Shown: in pieces, positions 62,942 through 64,000 of the stretch
How positions within the stretch are numbered: the first letter of the stretch is position 1
Layout: each line of letters starts with the position of its first letter
Source: a virus
Lineage: Duplodnaviria > Caudoviricetes
Length of the DNA: 64,000 nt
Reading direction: 5' to 3' (one strand)
Virus record (IMG/VR): IMGVR_UViG_2930734477_000003
Location: 5,708 to 69,707 of that record
Notes under the pieces: generated by a model
Databases searched by the model: none
The model's input: only the letters and a program-made list of their open reading frames with translations
Told to the model about the DNA's origin: nothing
Made by a program: the position numbers and the translations under genes

Positions 62942-63167
62942 GACGCACGTACTCGGCGTCGAAGGCGGCCAGGACCTGGCGCAGGGCCTCACACAGCTCG
63001 CCGTACCGTCCGGCGAGCTCGAAGGATCCGGTGATGTCGAGGTCGAGGGCGTCCGCCTCGCCGAGGACGCGCCGGGCCTGGGCGCGGGCGACGTCGAGCG
63101 GAGGGGTGTACGTCGCCGCCGCCGGGGGTGGTGCGGTGTGTGCGATGCTGTTGCGCATCGGGTCCAC
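62934..63167 (-). CDS. Hypothetical protein
   Basis: 77 aa; coupled. Confidence 0.6.
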   Translation of the reverse strand: MDPMRNSIAHTAPPPAAATYTPPLDVARAQARRVLGEADALDLDITGSFELAGRYGELCEALRQVLAAFDAEYVRHA

Positions 63168-63237
63168 CTCGTTCTGTCTCAGGGTGATGGGCGGTGGGCC
63201 GAGGGTCCGCCGGGTGCACGGCGGGCCCTCATTGCTT

Positions 63238-63345
63238 TCAGGGCCGTGGGGTTCGGCAACGGCGGCACTCGAACCGGAAGACCGGGTTGCGATGGCCGCA
63301 TGTCCCGCAGACCCAGCGGCAGACGACGTCGACGGCGGAGCGCAT
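63238..63345 (-). CDS. 35-aa RanBP2-type zinc-finger mini-protein
   Basis: WVCGTCGHRNPVFRFECRRC matches W-x-C-x2-C-x3-N-x6-C-x2-C; TGATG coupling. Confidence 0.65.
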   Translation of the reverse strand: MRSAVDVVCRWVCGTCGHRNPVFRFECRRCRTPRP

Positions 63346-63530
63346 CAGGCCGCTGCCTGTCCGGCTGGCGCCGTTGGGGCCAAGTGGCCGAGCAGGACGG
63401 CGAGTCGCGCGATCTCTGTGCCGGTGAGCCCGCAGGCGGGGCACTCCGCCGGGTCGAGGTCGTGGTCGCAGGTCTCGGACCAGCCAGCCTGGAACGCCTC
63501 TTCCTCGGTGCGGCATATCCGCCCGGGCAT
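63345..63530 (-). CDS. Small hypothetical protein
   Basis: GGAGG RBS; CDH...CPAC. Confidence 0.6.
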   Translation of the reverse strand: MPGRICRTEEEAFQAGWSETCDHDLDPAECPACGLTGTEIARLAVLLGHLAPTAPAGQAAA

Positions 63531-63958
63531 CAGACTGTCCTCCGCGCGATGCCGGCCGGTTCGGTGTCTTCCTCCGGCAGCAGGTCCTTGATGTCGCAGC
63601 CGAGCACGCCGGCGACGGTGGCGAGGTCTTCTGCCGGGAGGTCGGCGAGGTCGCATCCGAGGATCTCTGCGACTTTGCCGAGGTCCTGAGGGCCGACCGT
63701 CACCGTGCCGACCGACACGAGGTCCACGAACTGCCGGACGCGGTCACGGGCTTCGTCGACAGGCAGCAGGTCCTCGATGTCGCAGCCGAGCACGTCGGCG
63801 ACGGTGGCGAGCTTCCGGGGGGAGAAGCTCGCCTTGCCGAGGCTTACGGCGGACACGAGCTGCTTGCTGACCCCTATCGCCTCAGCCAGATCGTTCTGGC
63901 TGAGACCCGCTTTGACCCGGCGGCGCGTGAGTCGCTGGGGATCCACTGGGGTTCTCAT
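63530..63958 (-). CDS. Cro/XRE-family regulator with triplicated C-terminal motif
   Basis: GLSQNDLAEAIGVSKQLVS; VAxxLGCDxxDL occurs three times. Confidence 0.85.
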   Translation of the reverse strand: MRTPVDPQRLTRRRVKAGLSQNDLAEAIGVSKQLVSAVSLGKASFSPRKLATVADVLGCDIEDLLPVDEARDRVRQFVDLVSVGTVTVGPQDLGKVAEILGCDLADLPAEDLATVAGVLGCDIKDLLPEEDTEPAGIARRTV

Positions 63959-63965
63959 GTGCAGG

Positions 63966-63994
63966 ACTGTATGTGACTTGCTCGTACAGTACAA
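63966..63994 (-). promoter_or_regulatory. Early promoter TTGTAC-17-TACAGT, probably giving leaderless cro mRNA
   Basis: -10 hexamer ends 7 nt before ATG; no RBS. Confidence 0.6.
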
Positions 63995-64000
63995 GCACAT

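Larger units (their letters stand above)
1..64000 (-). mobile_element. Siphovirus-type temperate phage/prophage of a high-GC actinobacterium (probably Streptomyces); both boundaries outside window
   Basis: Complete canonical head-tail gene order, tightly coupled minus-strand ORFs with ATGA/GTGA overlaps, WhiB, HU and DUF6221-type genes; no host housekeeping genes seen. Confidence 0.95.

Overview
The whole window is a GC-rich actinobacterial siphovirus genome, most likely a temperate Streptomyces phage or prophage, encoded almost entirely on the minus strand. It runs contiguously across the probable cos site at about 22.2 kb. Read right to left: a Cro-like regulator at the window end; early and replication genes (RuvC-like, PD-(D/E)XK nuclease, HTH replication protein, vWA, HU, WhiB); a long accessory region (membrane GT2 synthase with a LARTG mini-protein, DUF6745 with a 35x12-bp array, Thg1-like protein, atypical tRNA-Leu(UAA), DNA methyltransferase, nucleotidyltransferase, three tandem DUF6221 genes); then HNH, terminases, portal, protease, HK97 capsid, a methyltransferase/nucleotidyltransferase/glycosyltransferase cassette, head-tail and tail genes, a frameshifted chaperone, tape measure and minor tail genes. 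I recognised no integrase, immunity repressor or lysis genes; they probably lie outside the window. The most striking unexplained elements are an 86-bp twin-hairpin leader duplicated almost exactly before the capsid and tail-chaperone genes, a bldA-type (UUA-reading) tRNA, the GT2 plus sorting-signal-only peptide pair, and the probable virion-modification cassette. All family assignments come from motif recognition by eye, not database searches.
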